Of a DNA stretch of 64,000 nucleotides, positions 21,974 through 33,418 are shown in pieces. Location of the stretch: positions 15,540 through 79,539 of the forward strand of contig CALYPL010000001.1 in the NCBI GenBank assembly GCA_945273835.1, read 5' to 3'. Source of the DNA: an uncultured Dysgonomonas sp. (GTDB lineage Bacteria > Bacteroidota > Bacteroidia > Bacteroidales > Dysgonomonadaceae). Each line of letters starts with the position of its first letter. Positions within the stretch are counted from its first letter, which is position 1. A program made the position numbers and the translations under genes. Under the pieces are notes generated by a model, which was given only the letters and a program-made list of their open reading frames with translations, was not told the origin of the DNA and did no database searches.

Positions 21974-23143
21974 TTAATCTTCTTTTTTTATCCCTTTACG
22001 CTTACCTGCAAACAAATCATAACAGCGAAACTCACAATCGAGCGAACCATTTTTCAATGGTATCTTTGCCGAATGTTTTAACCCCAATCGTCCGAAACAC
22101 TCTTTACGATGGCTCAATATCCATGCTTTATATCCCGGAAAAACATGCTTTAGCCTTTCGCCAATAGCTTCGTACAACTTATCGATATTTTCTGGTTTCA
22201 AACGTTCTCCGTATGGAGGGTTGAAAATGAGCATACCTCCTTCAGCAGGAGCCTCTTTATAATCTTCGATCGGCATTACTTTAAGATCAATATATTGGCT
22301 CATCCCTGCGCTTTTAATATTGCTGCGAGCTATTTCAACGGCTTCATTTGAGATATCTGAACCATAGATTTTGAAGTTAAACTGCCGTTCATTGCTATCA
22401 TCGTTATAAATCGACTCAAAAAGATCTTGGTTGAAATTTTTCCATTTTTCAAACGCAAAGCTCTTTCGGTATATACCCGGAGGTGTATTTGTTGCGATAA
22501 GGGCGGCTTCAATCAACAATGTCCCCGAACCGCACATCGGATCTACAAAATTTGATTCTCCATGCCAACCTGATTTTAAAATCATACCTGCCGCCAACAC
22601 TTCATTCAACGGAGCTTCGGTTTGTGCAACACGGTACCCTCGTTTGTGCAATGACTCTCCGGAACTGTCGAACGACAAGGTACATGTGTTTTGTGCGATA
22701 TGGAAGTTGATAAGTAAATCGGGGTTATCAATATTCACGGAAGGACGTTCGCCCGAACGTTGCATGAAATAATCCACAATGGCATCTTTGACACGATAAG
22801 CGACAAACTTTGAATGATTGAAAACATCAGAAAAGGTTACTGCATCAATCGCAAACGTACTATCCACTGAAAGATGCTCAGCCCAGTTCATAGCCTTTAT
22901 CTTTTTATAAATATCATCCGTATTACGGGCGTTGAATGAATAAACGGGTCTTAAAATGCGTAAGGCTGTACGACAACATACGTTTGCACGATACATCAAA
23001 GTCAAATCGCCTGTAAATGAAACCATTCTTTTACCAATCTCCAGATTATTAGCTCCTAAAGCAATCAGCTCCCCGGCTAACACATCTTCGAGCCCCATCA
23101 TGGTCTTGGCTATCATCTTAAACTCTTTATTCAATCCTCTCAT
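21974..23143 (-). CDS. THUMP-domain SAM-dependent RNA methyltransferase (RlmL N-terminal / YpsC type)
   Basis: AKTMMGLEDVLAGEL, SGESLHKRGYR, APLNEVLAAG, DPMCGSGT, NPPYGER. Confidence 0.9.
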   Translation of the reverse strand: MRGLNKEFKMIAKTMMGLEDVLAGELIALGANNLEIGKRMVSFTGDLTLMYRANVCCRTALRILRPVYSFNARNTDDIYKKIKAMNWAEHLSVDSTFAIDAVTFSDVFNHSKFVAYRVKDAIVDYFMQRSGERPSVNIDNPDLLINFHIAQNTCTLSFDSSGESLHKRGYRVAQTEAPLNEVLAAGMILKSGWHGESNFVDPMCGSGTLLIEAALIATNTPPGIYRKSFAFEKWKNFNQDLFESIYNDDSNERQFNFKIYGSDISNEAVEIARSNIKSAGMSQYIDLKVMPIEDYKEAPAEGGMLIFNPPYGERLKPENIDKLYEAIGERLKHVFPGYKAWILSHRKECFGRLGLKHSAKIPLKNGSLDCEFRCYDLFAGKRKGIKKED

Positions 23144-23304
23144 AAATAAAATTTATTGGCTAAAAAAGTAACAAAGTAAACATATTTACTCCTGTTTTTT
23201 GTTATGCGAGAAAGAATGATGTTTAATAGTTCTTTCGCATAATAACGTATAGATAAATACAGGCAATATTCTTATACAGCTTAAGCCTGAATTAACTTTT
23301 ATGA

Positions 23305-25812
23305 TTACTGAAATTGTGAAAAAATCTTTTCAAGGCTGTATTCATCGGCAATCATCACATCACGTGGCTTGCTGCCTTGTGTCGGACCAACAATGCCTGC
23401 TGCTTCCAACTGATCCATCAATCGACCTGCCCGATTATATCCGATTGAGAATTTACGTTGAATGAGGGATGTAGAACCTTGCTGATGGACTACAATGAGA
23501 CGAGCGGCTTCTTCAAACAGCGGATCACGATCACTGAGATCAACGCCACCTATTTTTTCTTCACTACTATCGCCTACGTATTCGGGCAATTCAAAGGCGT
23601 GAGAATACCCTTGTTGTTTACCTATATAATCTGCAATGCCTTCAACTTCCGGTGTATCTACAAATGCACATTGTATACGAATCAAGTCACTGCCTTGAGA
23701 AAATAGCATATCGCCTCGTCCGATCAACTGATTTGCTCCTGACATATCCAGAATAGTACGTGAGTCTATCTGCGAAGTCACACGGAAAGCCATACGAGCC
23801 GGGAAGTTAGCTTTAATTGTACCTGTAATGATATTTGTAGTTGGTCTTTGTGTAGCTATAACCATATGCATACCTACTGCACGGGCTTTTTGCGCAATAC
23901 GTGCAATAGGCATTTCAATTTCCTTACCTGCCGTCATAATTAAGTCTCCGAACTCGTCAATCACAATCACAAGATAAGGCAGAAAACGGTGTCCTTTCAA
24001 CGGATTGAGGCGGCGTTTCTTAAACTTCTCATTATATTCTTTAATATTACGTACATTGGCATTCATCAACAACTCATAACGGTCATCCATCTCTTTAGTC
24101 AATGAATTGAGCGTTTGCGTAACTTTACTTACATCCGTAATAATGGCTTTGTCTGCATCTGGCAGTTTAGCCAAATAATGTTTCTCGATGCGTGAGTAGA
24201 TATTAAATTCAACCATCTTAGGGTCAACAAGCACCATCTTCATCTCAGCAGGATGCTTTTTATACAGCAAGGATGTAATTATGGCATTCAGTCCGACTGA
24301 TTTACCCTGCCCGGTTGCTCCTGCCACAAGCAGGTGAGGCATTTTGCACAGATCGAACATAAACACTTCGTTTGTAATCGTACGTCCTAAGGCTACCGGC
24401 AAATCGTAAGTACATTCCTGAAAACGCTTCGATGCGATAACGGATTGCATTGAAACTATCTGTGGGTCTTTGTTCGGAACTTCGATCCCAATGGTTCCTT
24501 TTCCCGGCATCGGAGCGATTATACGGATACCTAATGCCGAAAGACTCAGGGCTATATCATCTTCCAGGTTACGTATTTTAGAAATACGTACTCCTGCTTT
24601 AGGTACAATTTCATATAACGTTATTGTCGGACCGACTGTTGCCTTTATTGAGGTAATCTCAATACCATAATTGAGTAAGGTAGTTGTGATCTTATTTTTA
24701 TTCATGTTTTGTTCTTCCATATCAACACCCTTGCCGCCTGTGTCGTAGACACGCAACAAATCGGTCGTTGGAAATTCAAAATGCGACAGATCCAAAGTAG
24801 GATCATATTCTTCCATCATTTCTTCGCCCGAATCCTCTTCAGTTTCCGAAACATCTTCTTCTGAATCTTTCGAGTCACTTATTTGCACAGACTTTGTTGA
24901 TGGCACATATACTTCTTCTTCAGGAATCACAATCTCAAAACCGTCATCAACTTTCATGGTTTCCTCATTAGCCGGTTTTGCTATAAAACCATTATCGTCC
25001 GACAGATCATCAGCTTCAGCGATGGGATCAGAAGCATAAGTTTCTTCCACGTGCTTATGGGAAAAAGGGTTTTTAATTCTGCCAAACAAGGATTGCTTAG
25101 CCTGCTCCGGCTCTGCTTCAGACTCCTCATTATAATCCGAATCATCAAACTCGCTTTCATTTGTGTCCTCAGGCTCTCCGTTAGAATTGCTATTATTAAA
25201 TGGTTTTCCGAAAATTTTTCTGAAAAATTCTATCGAAGTTTGTTTTACTATAACCATGAAAATAATGAACAGCAAAACGATAGCCAGTATCACTCCAAAT
25301 ATACCAATCGAATTTTCAAGCAGACTTTCAACTTCCATGCCGTGAGAGCCACCCCAAACAATATAGCTGTCGTTAAATAAACGTGACAGAAGAAACGAAC
25401 TTGTGATTGAACCCCAAATCAACCCAAATGCGGATAATATGAAAGCTTTGATTAGTGAAATGTCAACAACTCTTATCAACTTTAATCCCACTGTGATCAG
25501 AAAAATAGGAATAATCAATGAGAATATGCCGAACCACTCATTTATAAATTTTTCGGCTGCAAAAGCACCTATCACACCGGTCCAATTGGCAATAATTTGC
25601 TTCTGCGAAACCAATTCGAAAAAAGACTTGTTCAATACCTTACTTTGGTCTATAGCTCCTGTGAAAAAGAATGATATTTCACCTAATAGGATGTATAAAC
25701 CAATGAAAATGATACATACTCCAAAAATAAACCGGGGGCGATCTTTCTTGATCATCACCAGGATTTCGGATAATTTATTTTGTTTTTTTTTAACTGATTT
25801 CTTTTTTGCCAT
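23305..25812 (-). CDS. ftsK: DNA translocase FtsK
   Basis: N-terminal TM helices, acidic linker, PHLLVAGATGQGKS, IDEFGDL, LATQRP-like VIATQRP, QLIGRGDML, gamma domain IGYNRAGRLMDQLE. Start moved to ATG 25812 because a -7 box overlaps the track start at 25851. Confidence 0.95.
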   Translation of the reverse strand: MAKKKSVKKKQNKLSEILVMIKKDRPRFIFGVCIIFIGLYILLGEISFFFTGAIDQSKVLNKSFFELVSQKQIIANWTGVIGAFAAEKFINEWFGIFSLIIPIFLITVGLKLIRVVDISLIKAFILSAFGLIWGSITSSFLLSRLFNDSYIVWGGSHGMEVESLLENSIGIFGVILAIVLLFIIFMVIVKQTSIEFFRKIFGKPFNNSNSNGEPEDTNESEFDDSDYNEESEAEPEQAKQSLFGRIKNPFSHKHVEETYASDPIAEADDLSDDNGFIAKPANEETMKVDDGFEIVIPEEEVYVPSTKSVQISDSKDSEEDVSETEEDSGEEMMEEYDPTLDLSHFEFPTTDLLRVYDTGGKGVDMEEQNMNKNKITTTLLNYGIEITSIKATVGPTITLYEIVPKAGVRISKIRNLEDDIALSLSALGIRIIAPMPGKGTIGIEVPNKDPQIVSMQSVIASKRFQECTYDLPVALGRTITNEVFMFDLCKMPHLLVAGATGQGKSVGLNAIITSLLYKKHPAEMKMVLVDPKMVEFNIYSRIEKHYLAKLPDADKAIITDVSKVTQTLNSLTKEMDDRYELLMNANVRNIKEYNEKFKKRRLNPLKGHRFLPYLVIVIDEFGDLIMTAGKEIEMPIARIAQKARAVGMHMVIATQRPTTNIITGTIKANFPARMAFRVTSQIDSRTILDMSGANQLIGRGDMLFSQGSDLIRIQCAFVDTPEVEGIADYIGKQQGYSHAFELPEYVGDSSEEKIGGVDLSDRDPLFEEAARLIVVHQQGSTSLIQRKFSIGYNRAGRLMDQLEAAGIVGPTQGSKPRDVMIADEYSLEKIFSQFQ

Positions 25813-25850
25813 ACGATTTATAATACAGGAAAACGCTTCATGTAAAGACA

Positions 25851-25858
25851 CAAAGATA
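25851..25858 (-). promoter_or_regulatory. -7 box for ftsK
   Basis: TATCTTTG on the minus strand. Confidence 0.55.
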
Positions 25859-26045
25859 ACAGTTTTTCATGAAGGATAGGTTTATACAATCCTTTAAGTT
25901 GACCTTTGAACAGTAAAAACATGCAGCATTTAGCTTATTAAAAACGCAATCCCCGAAAATAGTTTTTCACCTCATTATAAAACACTTATAGGCAACCATA
26001 AATTTTAAATCCAAAAATTAAAGCAAAAAACTCCCTTTTGTTTTA

Positions 26046-26053
26046 TATATTTG
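26046..26053 (+). promoter_or_regulatory. -7 box for dxs-trkA-trkH
   Basis: TATATTTG about 50 nt before the dxs ATG. Confidence 0.55.
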
Positions 26054-26103
26054 TTCTTTGTTGCATACAAAATATATCATGCAAGTTTTACATGGCTTAA
26101 ATT

Positions 26104-28059
26104 ATGGACCAACAGAGCGAATTATCTGTATTAAACAAAGTAAACTTTCCGTCCGATCTTAAAAACTTGAGTTTGGAGGAATTAGAAACTTTATGTGCAG
26201 ACCTTCGGAAATATATTATAGATGAGCTTAGCGCAAATCCGGGACACTTTGCTTCCAGCTTAGGGACGGTGGAACTGACCGTGGCTTTACACTATCTTTA
26301 CAACACACCGTATGACAAAATTGTATGGGATGTAGGTCATCAGGCATACAGTCATAAATTACTTACCGGACGCAAAGACAAATTTCACACCAATCGACAA
26401 TTTGGCGGGTTATCCGGCTTTCCTAATCCTGAAGAAAGTGAATATGACGCATTTATCGCAGGGCATGCTTCTAACTCAATCTCGGCGGCACTGGGTATAG
26501 CTGTTGCCTCTCAACTAAAAAACGAAAACCGCCACGTGGTGGCTGTTATCGGCGACGGATCAATGACCGGCGGTTTAGCATACGAAGGGCTTAACAATGC
26601 CAATTCGCAACCTAACGACCTGCTCATTATCCTTAATGACAATGACATGGCGATTGATGACAATGTAGGAGGCTTGCGAGACTACCTCGTAAAAATGACA
26701 ACTTCGGCCACTTACAATCGTGTCAGATACGATGTGTATCAGAAATTTAAAAAAGGAAATCTCATTACTGAGAAAGGTAAAAATTTCATACTCCGGTTCA
26801 ACAATAGCCTGAAATCTCTGCTTACAAAGCAACAAAACTTGTTTGAAGGCTTCAACATACGTTATTTCGGTCCGATTGACGGCAATGACCTGCATGCGGT
26901 TTTAAGGGTACTTCGGAATATAAAAGACTTAAAAGGTCCTAAATTATTGCACCTTCATACTGTAAAAGGTAAAGGATTTAAGCCTGCCGAGTTATCGGCG
27001 ACCGAATGGCATGCTCCCGGGAAATTCAATAAAGAGACCGGGCAAAGAATTATTGTTAGGAACAAGGAGCAACCTCTGCCTTACCAAGATATTTTCGGAC
27101 ACACGCTTGTTGAAATGGCCGAAAAAGACAGTCGGATAGTCGGAGTTACTCCCGCCATGCCAACAGGCTGTTCAATGACGTATATGATAAAGGCATTTCC
27201 AGAAAGAGCTTTTGATGTCGGTATCGCCGAAGCTCACGCCGTGACATTTTCTGCGGGTATGGCATCGGACGGATTGGTCCCCTTTTGCAACATATATTCA
27301 TCCTTTATGCAACGAGCCTATGACCAAGTGATACATGATGTTGCTCTACAAAAGCAACACATCGTTTTATGTCTTGATCGCGCAGGATTGGTGGGCGAAG
27401 ATGGTCCGACACATCATGGTGTTTTTGACTTGGCTTATATGCGCCCGATACCGAATCTTATAATTGCATCTCCATATAACGAGCATTATCTCCGTCACCT
27501 TATGTATACGGCTGTTTACGAAAACGACGGTCCATTTGTTATACGGTATCCGAGAGGACAAGGCGAGCTGACATACTGGGATGTGGAAATGAAGGCACTT
27601 CCGATAGGTCAGGGTCGCAAGCTGAAAGACGGTAATGAATTGGCTGTCCTTACCATCGGTCCGATTGGCAACACTGCTTCTAAAGCGATTGACCTGCTCG
27701 AAGAGAAAGGTTATTCAATAGCTCTTTATGATATGATATATCTTAAACCTATTGACGAGGATATACTCAATGCTGTTGCAAAAAAATTCAGTAAGATCAT
27801 GACCATCGAAAATGGTGTTATCAAAGGAGGCTTGGGAAGTGCGGTTCTCGAATACCTTGCCGATAATGAATACAATAACATCGAGGTTATAAGGGTTGGT
27901 ATTGAAGATGAATTTATTCCGCACGGACCTATCAAGACTTTAAATCACATGTACGGCCTTGATGTTGAAGGTTTAACAGACCGAATGCTTAAAATTCTTC
28001 CGGCAAAGGAGACAAATAAAATATCAATATTGGAAAAAACCGATATACATCAGCAATGA
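26104..28059 (+). CDS. dxs: 1-deoxy-D-xylulose-5-phosphate synthase
   Basis: [75 protein letters not shown]. Confidence 0.97.
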   Translation: MDQQSELSVLNKVNFPSDLKNLSLEELETLCADLRKYIIDELSANPGHFASSLGTVELTVALHYLYNTPYDKIVWDVGHQAYSHKLLTGRKDKFHTNRQFGGLSGFPNPEESEYDAFIAGHASNSISAALGIAVASQLKNENRHVVAVIGDGSMTGGLAYEGLNNANSQPNDLLIILNDNDMAIDDNVGGLRDYLVKMTTSATYNRVRYDVYQKFKKGNLITEKGKNFILRFNNSLKSLLTKQQNLFEGFNIRYFGPIDGNDLHAVLRVLRNIKDLKGPKLLHLHTVKGKGFKPAELSATEWHAPGKFNKETGQRIIVRNKEQPLPYQDIFGHTLVEMAEKDSRIVGVTPAMPTGCSMTYMIKAFPERAFDVGIAEAHAVTFSAGMASDGLVPFCNIYSSFMQRAYDQVIHDVALQKQHIVLCLDRAGLVGEDGPTHHGVFDLAYMRPIPNLIIASPYNEHYLRHLMYTAVYENDGPFVIRYPRGQGELTYWDVEMKALPIGQGRKLKDGNELAVLTIGPIGNTASKAIDLLEEKGYSIALYDMIYLKPIDEDILNAVAKKFSKIMTIENGVIKGGLGSAVLEYLADNEYNNIEVIRVGIEDEFIPHGPIKTLNHMYGLDVEGLTDRMLKILPAKETNKISILEKTDIHQQ

Positions 28060-29393
28060 AAGTCATTATCGCGGGAGCAGGGGCTGTTGGCACACATTTG
28101 GCAAAATTGTTATCATCAGAGAACGTCGATGTAATCCTGATGGACGAAGACAGGGATAAGCTGAATTTCTCACGTAACAACCTCGAAATAATGACAATGG
28201 TGGGTATAGCAACAAGCCTCAGTGATCTGACAGAGGTTAAAGTGAAAGGAACAGACCTTTTCATAGCAGTTACCCCGGATCAGTCTGTTAATATTACGGC
28301 TTGTATGCTTGCTGCGAATATGGGAGCAAGAAAAACTTTTGCCCGTATTGATAATTACGAATATTTGTTACCGAAAAACAAGGCTTTCTTTGAGAGATTG
28401 GGAATTAACGCAATGGTTTATCCCGAAATGCTTGCGGCTAAAGAAATTGTTTCTGCCTTGAAAAGACCGTGGGCGAGACAATGGATTGAACTGTCAGGAG
28501 GTGCTATTATCCTGATGGGCATTAAGATCAGAAAAAACGCTCCTTTAGCAAATAAACATCTTCATGAACTCGGAAGCGAGTTGAAAAAATTTCATATTGT
28601 TGCCATCAAGCGTGAAAATATTACCATTATCCCGAATGGTGATGATCAAATTTTACCTGAAGACATTCTATTCTTTACCACTCTTAAAGAATATGTGAAC
28701 GAAATACCTGCTTTAGCAGGAAAAGAAACATTTGATGTTAAAAACATCATGATAATGGGCGGCAGCCGTATTGCAATACGTACCTGTCAATATCTGCCCG
28801 ACAGCGCAAATATCAGGCTTCTTGAATCCGACAAAGAAAAATGCCATATACTTTTAGATAAAGTACCTAAAAATGTAACTGTCTATCACGATGATGGTCG
28901 AAGTGCTGAAACTCTGATGCAAGAGGGTATTAATAATATGGATGCGTTTGTGGCTGTAACAGGTAATTCCGAAGCCAATATCCTCGCCTGCCTGACAGCA
29001 AAACGTTTAGGTGTTAAAAAGACTGTGGCAGAAGTTGAGAATATGGACTACATTTCTGTAGCCGAAAATCTTGGAATAGGCACAATCATAAATAAAAAGC
29101 TGATAACGGTCAGCAATATATACAGGTTCTTATTACATGCTGACGTATCGAACATTAAATCCCTGACAATAGCCAATGCTGATGTAGCGGAAATCATAGT
29201 AAGTCCAAACTCTAAAATAACAAAGAAAGAAATAAAAGAACTGAACTTTCCTCGCAATATCACGCTTGGAGGATTGATTCGTAATGGAGAACCTATGATG
29301 ATTGACGGAAACACGGTGGTCGAACCTTATGACAAAGTAGTTGCATTCTGTCTTGAAGACTCTCTGAAAGTTGCCGAAAAATATTTCCGATAA
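28056..29393 (+). CDS. trkA: Trk system potassium transporter, NAD-binding subunit
   Basis: IIAGAGAVG; two RCK_N/RCK_C repeats. Confidence 0.93.
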   Translation: MKVIIAGAGAVGTHLAKLLSSENVDVILMDEDRDKLNFSRNNLEIMTMVGIATSLSDLTEVKVKGTDLFIAVTPDQSVNITACMLAANMGARKTFARIDNYEYLLPKNKAFFERLGINAMVYPEMLAAKEIVSALKRPWARQWIELSGGAIILMGIKIRKNAPLANKHLHELGSELKKFHIVAIKRENITIIPNGDDQILPEDILFFTTLKEYVNEIPALAGKETFDVKNIMIMGGSRIAIRTCQYLPDSANIRLLESDKEKCHILLDKVPKNVTVYHDDGRSAETLMQEGINNMDAFVAVTGNSEANILACLTAKRLGVKKTVAEVENMDYISVAENLGIGTIINKKLITVSNIYRFLLHADVSNIKSLTIANADVAEIIVSPNSKITKKEIKELNFPRNITLGGLIRNGEPMMIDGNTVVEPYDKVVAFCLEDSLKVAEKYFR

Positions 29394-29396
29394 CGA

Positions 29397-30860
29397 ATGA
29401 TGTATAAGTTTAATTACAGGTTTGTATTTAAAACGATTGGCTTTCTGCTCATAACGGAATCATTGTTTATGATGGTTACCACAATTGTATCATTCTATAT
29501 GTGTGACTCATGCGGAGACGCTCTACTTGTAAGTTCATCTATAACTCTTTCGGGTGGTGTGTTATTACGACTGATCGGAACAGATTATTACGAAAAACCT
29601 ATCGGAAAACGTGAAAGTTTCCTCGTAGTGGCAATTTCATGGGTCATTCTTTCAGCATTTGGCATGTTACCTTTTTATCTGAGCGGAGTTGTACCCGAAA
29701 TAAGTGATGCTTATTTTGAGACGATGTCAGGATTTACCACCACTGGAGCATCTATCATAACCAATGTCGACACCGTTCCTCACGGCTTACTTTTCTGGCG
29801 AAGCATAACGCAGTGGATCGGAGGAATCGGTATTATAGTATTTGCTCTTGCCGTACTGCCAATCATGGGTGGAAATGCGTCTGTACTCTACGATGCTGAA
29901 GCCACGGGCATTACCCATGAGCGCTTTCGTCCACGTGTGTCTCAGGTAGCTAAAAGATTATGGATAACTTACGTATTTATTACATTCATACTCACTCTTC
30001 TGCTATGGGCTGGTCCGATGAATCTGTTCGATGCTGTTTGTCATGCTCTCACAACAATGTCAACGGGTGGTTATTCAACCAAACAGGCAAGCATAGCTTA
30101 CTGGAACTCTTCTTATCTTGAATATGTTCTGAGTATTTTTATGTTTATCGGAGGAGTAAATTTCTCTCTGATTTATTTTTTATTCAGGGGTATACCTAAA
30201 AAAATATTCAGAGACGAAGAATTCAGATGGTATGCATGCATCTGTGTGATTTTCACTATCATCATAACGGGAAGTCTATTATATTCCGGACATCTCAAAA
30301 ATATAGAACATGCCTTTAGAACATCGCTTTTTCATGTAACATCCATTATTACGACAACCGGGTTTATAACCACGAGTTATATGAAATGGGGGGCGTTCTA
30401 TTTGTTTTTACTTTGTCTGCTTATGCTGTTTTGCGCTTGTGCCGGTTCAACTTCGGGAGGTATAAAAATAGTAAGAATCATTATCTTATTTAAGAATGCG
30501 ATAAACGAATTTCGCCGTCAAGTACAGCCTAACGCCATGCTCCCCGTACGTCTTAATAATCAGGTTGTTCCTTTTGAAATTGTCACGAAAATACTGGCTT
30601 TCATCTTTCTTTATCTTGCTATTCTTATTGTCAGTTTCATTATTCTTTCATTTTCAGGGATGGGTTTTGAAGAGTCAATTGGCGCAGCAATATCATGCAT
30701 GGGTAATGTAGGACCTGGATTAGGTAAAAACGGGCTTAGTGGTCACTTTGCCGATATACCTACCTTTTGCAAATGGTATTTGTGTTTCATCATGCTTACG
30801 GGTCGTCTTGAATTATTTACTGTTTTATCGTTGTTCATTCCTGCTTTTTGGCGCAAATAA
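29397..30860 (+). CDS. trkH: Trk system potassium uptake membrane protein
   Basis: FETMSGFTTTGA, QWIGGIGI, TTMSTGGYS, TTTGF, GSTSGGIK, MGNVGPGLG, GRLELFT. Confidence 0.94.
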   Translation: MMYKFNYRFVFKTIGFLLITESLFMMVTTIVSFYMCDSCGDALLVSSSITLSGGVLLRLIGTDYYEKPIGKRESFLVVAISWVILSAFGMLPFYLSGVVPEISDAYFETMSGFTTTGASIITNVDTVPHGLLFWRSITQWIGGIGIIVFALAVLPIMGGNASVLYDAEATGITHERFRPRVSQVAKRLWITYVFITFILTLLLWAGPMNLFDAVCHALTTMSTGGYSTKQASIAYWNSSYLEYVLSIFMFIGGVNFSLIYFLFRGIPKKIFRDEEFRWYACICVIFTIIITGSLLYSGHLKNIEHAFRTSLFHVTSIITTTGFITTSYMKWGAFYLFLLCLLMLFCACAGSTSGGIKIVRIIILFKNAINEFRRQVQPNAMLPVRLNNQVVPFEIVTKILAFIFLYLAILIVSFIILSFSGMGFEESIGAAISCMGNVGPGLGKNGLSGHFADIPTFCKWYLCFIMLTGRLELFTVLSLFIPAFWRK

Positions 30861-30974
30861 AAGTCTAATAGCATCCAAATATCAGCTACCTGATATTATA
30901 CGTCAAGTATTTTTTAATTTTTACAAGCACATATTATTATACATCATCTGAATAATTTATTCCAATTGATTTCG

Positions 30975-30982
30975 TACATTTG
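30975..30982 (+). promoter_or_regulatory. -7 box for rnr
   Basis: TACATTTG about 65 nt before the ATG. Confidence 0.5.
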
Positions 30983-31045
30983 AATATTAATAAATGTCGT
31001 TGAGACAGTAAACACACAATAAAAATTCATTAAATACAATTCTGT

Positions 31046-33196
31046 ATGCGTAAAAAAGCACCTATGAGGGCCAAAAAAGAACGAAAAAAATCAAATATAG
31101 ATAACTCAATAGCCAATCTGTTCAATAGCAATCCTTCTGAAATATTCAATTATAAACAAGTCGCAGCCAAATTGGGGCTTAAACGACCTGAAGAAAAACA
31201 AATTGTTCAGAACATCCTGTATAGCATGGCTGAAGATGGGTTTATAGTTGAAACTGCAAGGGGCAAATATAAATCGAACCAACGGGGTATTTATCTTGAA
31301 GGTCGATTCGAGAGACGAAGCAACGGTAAAAATTTCTTTATACCTGAGGGTGAAGATCAAAATCAGAAAATACTTGTGGCTGAGCGCAATTCGGCCCACG
31401 CCATGAATGGCGACAGAGTTCGTATCCAAATGCTTGCGCAACGCAAGAATAGAGATCCGGAGGGGACTGTTGCAGAGATACTTGAACGCAAACAAACACA
31501 ATTTGTCGGCATTTTGAGCGTGCAGAAACACTTTGCCTTTTTAGAGATGGATAGTAAAATACTTGCCAACGACATCTTCATTCCGAAAGATGATTTGAAA
31601 GGGGGCAAGACCGGCGATAAGGCTGTAGTGGAAATTGTAGAATGGCCAGACAATGCAAAAAATCCGGTCGGAAAGGTTATAGATATACTTGGTACGGCAG
31701 GCGAAAATAATAGTGAAATGTGCGCTATATTGGCTGAATATGGATTGCCTTATAAATATCCTTCTCATATCGAAGCTGCTGCCGAACTTATACCTGAAGA
31801 AATAACAAAGGAGGAAATAGCCTTGCGCGAAGACTTCAGACAGACGACTACTTTCACGATCGACCCTCGTGATGCTAAAGATTTTGACGATGCTCTCTCT
31901 ATAAAACAACTTGCCAACCAGCATTGGGAGGTAGGAGTTCACATAGCTGATGTAACTCATTATGTAAAAGAAGGAGATATCATTGATAAAGAAGGGGAAT
32001 CACGAGCTACATCCGTTTACCTTGTTGACAGAACCATACCAATGTTGCCTGAAAGGTTAAGTAACGGTTTGTGCTCTCTCCGACCTAACGAAGTTAAATT
32101 ATGTTACGCTGCGATTTTTGAGGTAGACGATAACGCTGACATTATTAAAAGTCGCATAGCGCGTACAGTTATAAAATCGGATCGAAGATTTACTTACGAA
32201 GAAGCTCAAGAGATAATTGAGTCCGGCAAAGGAGATTATTGTGAGGAAGTTCTGAAACTAAACGAACTTGCAAAAAAACTCCGCGAAAAACGATTTGCAA
32301 ATGGTGCCATCGCTTTTGATCGTCATGAGATGAAATTCGAGATCGACGAAAATGGTAAACCTTTGAGAGTATATTTCAAATATGCTAAAGACTCTAATAA
32401 ATTGGTGGAAGAATTTATGTTACTTGCCAACAAGACTGTCGCAGAGTTCGTAGGCAAAAAGCCTAAAAATAAAAAAGCTAAAACTTTTATTTACCGTATA
32501 CATGACAGACCTAATGTGGACAAGATGGAAAATCTTTCCGATTTCATTAAACGTTTTGGTTATAAAATTAAAGTTGACGGTTCAAAAACCACAGTATCAA
32601 AATCTTTAAACCATCTTTTAGAAGAGGTTAGTGGAAAAGCTGAAGAAAATCTTATCTCAACGATAGCCGTAAGGGCAATGGCCAAGGCCGTATATTCAAC
32701 AGACAATATAGGTCATTACGGATTAGCATTTGATTATTACACGCATTTCACTTCGCCCATACGTCGCTATCCCGATATGATGGTGCATCGGTTACTAACA
32801 CGTTATTTGAATGGCGAACCAAGCGTCAACAAACCAACTTACGAGTCTAAATGCAAACATTGCTCTGATATGGAACAATTGGCATCGTCCGCTGAAAGAG
32901 CTTCTATTAAATACAAACAAGTGGAATATATGTCTGATAAGCTTGGCATGGTATTCGATGCAGTTATATCCGGGATTAGTGAATGGGGTGTATATGCGGA
33001 GATTAATGAAAATAAATGTGAAGGAATGATTCCCATACGTGATCTTGGCGATGATTATTACGAGTTTGATGAAAAAAATTATTGCCTCAGAGGACGTCGC
33101 AAGAAAAAAGAATATCGGTTAGGCGATCCGATAAAAATTAAAGTAGCTCGTGCAAACTTGGAACGCAAACAGTTAGATTTTGCGACAGTTGATTGA
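31046..33196 (+). CDS. rnr: Ribonuclease R
   Basis: N-terminal HTH and cold-shock domains, TIDPRDAKDFDDA, VHIADV, YTHFTSPIRRYPD, C-terminal S1 domain. Confidence 0.96.
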   Translation: MRKKAPMRAKKERKKSNIDNSIANLFNSNPSEIFNYKQVAAKLGLKRPEEKQIVQNILYSMAEDGFIVETARGKYKSNQRGIYLEGRFERRSNGKNFFIPEGEDQNQKILVAERNSAHAMNGDRVRIQMLAQRKNRDPEGTVAEILERKQTQFVGILSVQKHFAFLEMDSKILANDIFIPKDDLKGGKTGDKAVVEIVEWPDNAKNPVGKVIDILGTAGENNSEMCAILAEYGLPYKYPSHIEAAAELIPEEITKEEIALREDFRQTTTFTIDPRDAKDFDDALSIKQLANQHWEVGVHIADVTHYVKEGDIIDKEGESRATSVYLVDRTIPMLPERLSNGLCSLRPNEVKLCYAAIFEVDDNADIIKSRIARTVIKSDRRFTYEEAQEIIESGKGDYCEEVLKLNELAKKLREKRFANGAIAFDRHEMKFEIDENGKPLRVYFKYAKDSNKLVEEFMLLANKTVAEFVGKKPKNKKAKTFIYRIHDRPNVDKMENLSDFIKRFGYKIKVDGSKTTVSKSLNHLLEEVSGKAEENLISTIAVRAMAKAVYSTDNIGHYGLAFDYYTHFTSPIRRYPDMMVHRLLTRYLNGEPSVNKPTYESKCKHCSDMEQLASSAERASIKYKQVEYMSDKLGMVFDAVISGISEWGVYAEINENKCEGMIPIRDLGDDYYEFDEKNYCLRGRRKKKEYRLGDPIKIKVARANLERKQLDFATVD

Positions 33197-33317
33197 TAAT
33201 ATTTAAATAATTTATTATATTTGAACCGTTTTTAATTATTTGGGTTTTGAATTACATTTATCTATTCATACAAATCAATTGTTATGAAGCATATAATTGT
33301 AATTAAATAAAATTTAT

Positions 33318-33325
33318 TAGATTTG
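33318..33325 (+). promoter_or_regulatory. -7 box for the OmpA-like gene (a second box, TATATTTG, lies at 33216..33223)
   Basis: TAGATTTG; two candidate tandem promoters in an AT-rich spacer. Confidence 0.5.
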
Positions 33326-33418
33326 CGGGTTAATTAGTAAATATTAAATTTTTACATGAGTCAGTTTTTAATAATTAACAACTACAAACTGTATTTAAAA
33401 CTATAACAACAACATTAT

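Noticed and set aside
23201-23242. Hairpin between ftsK and the THUMP methyltransferase as a terminator
   Set aside because: The stem has a bulge and is followed by A-runs, not U-runs, in the ftsK direction; at most a stabilising stem.
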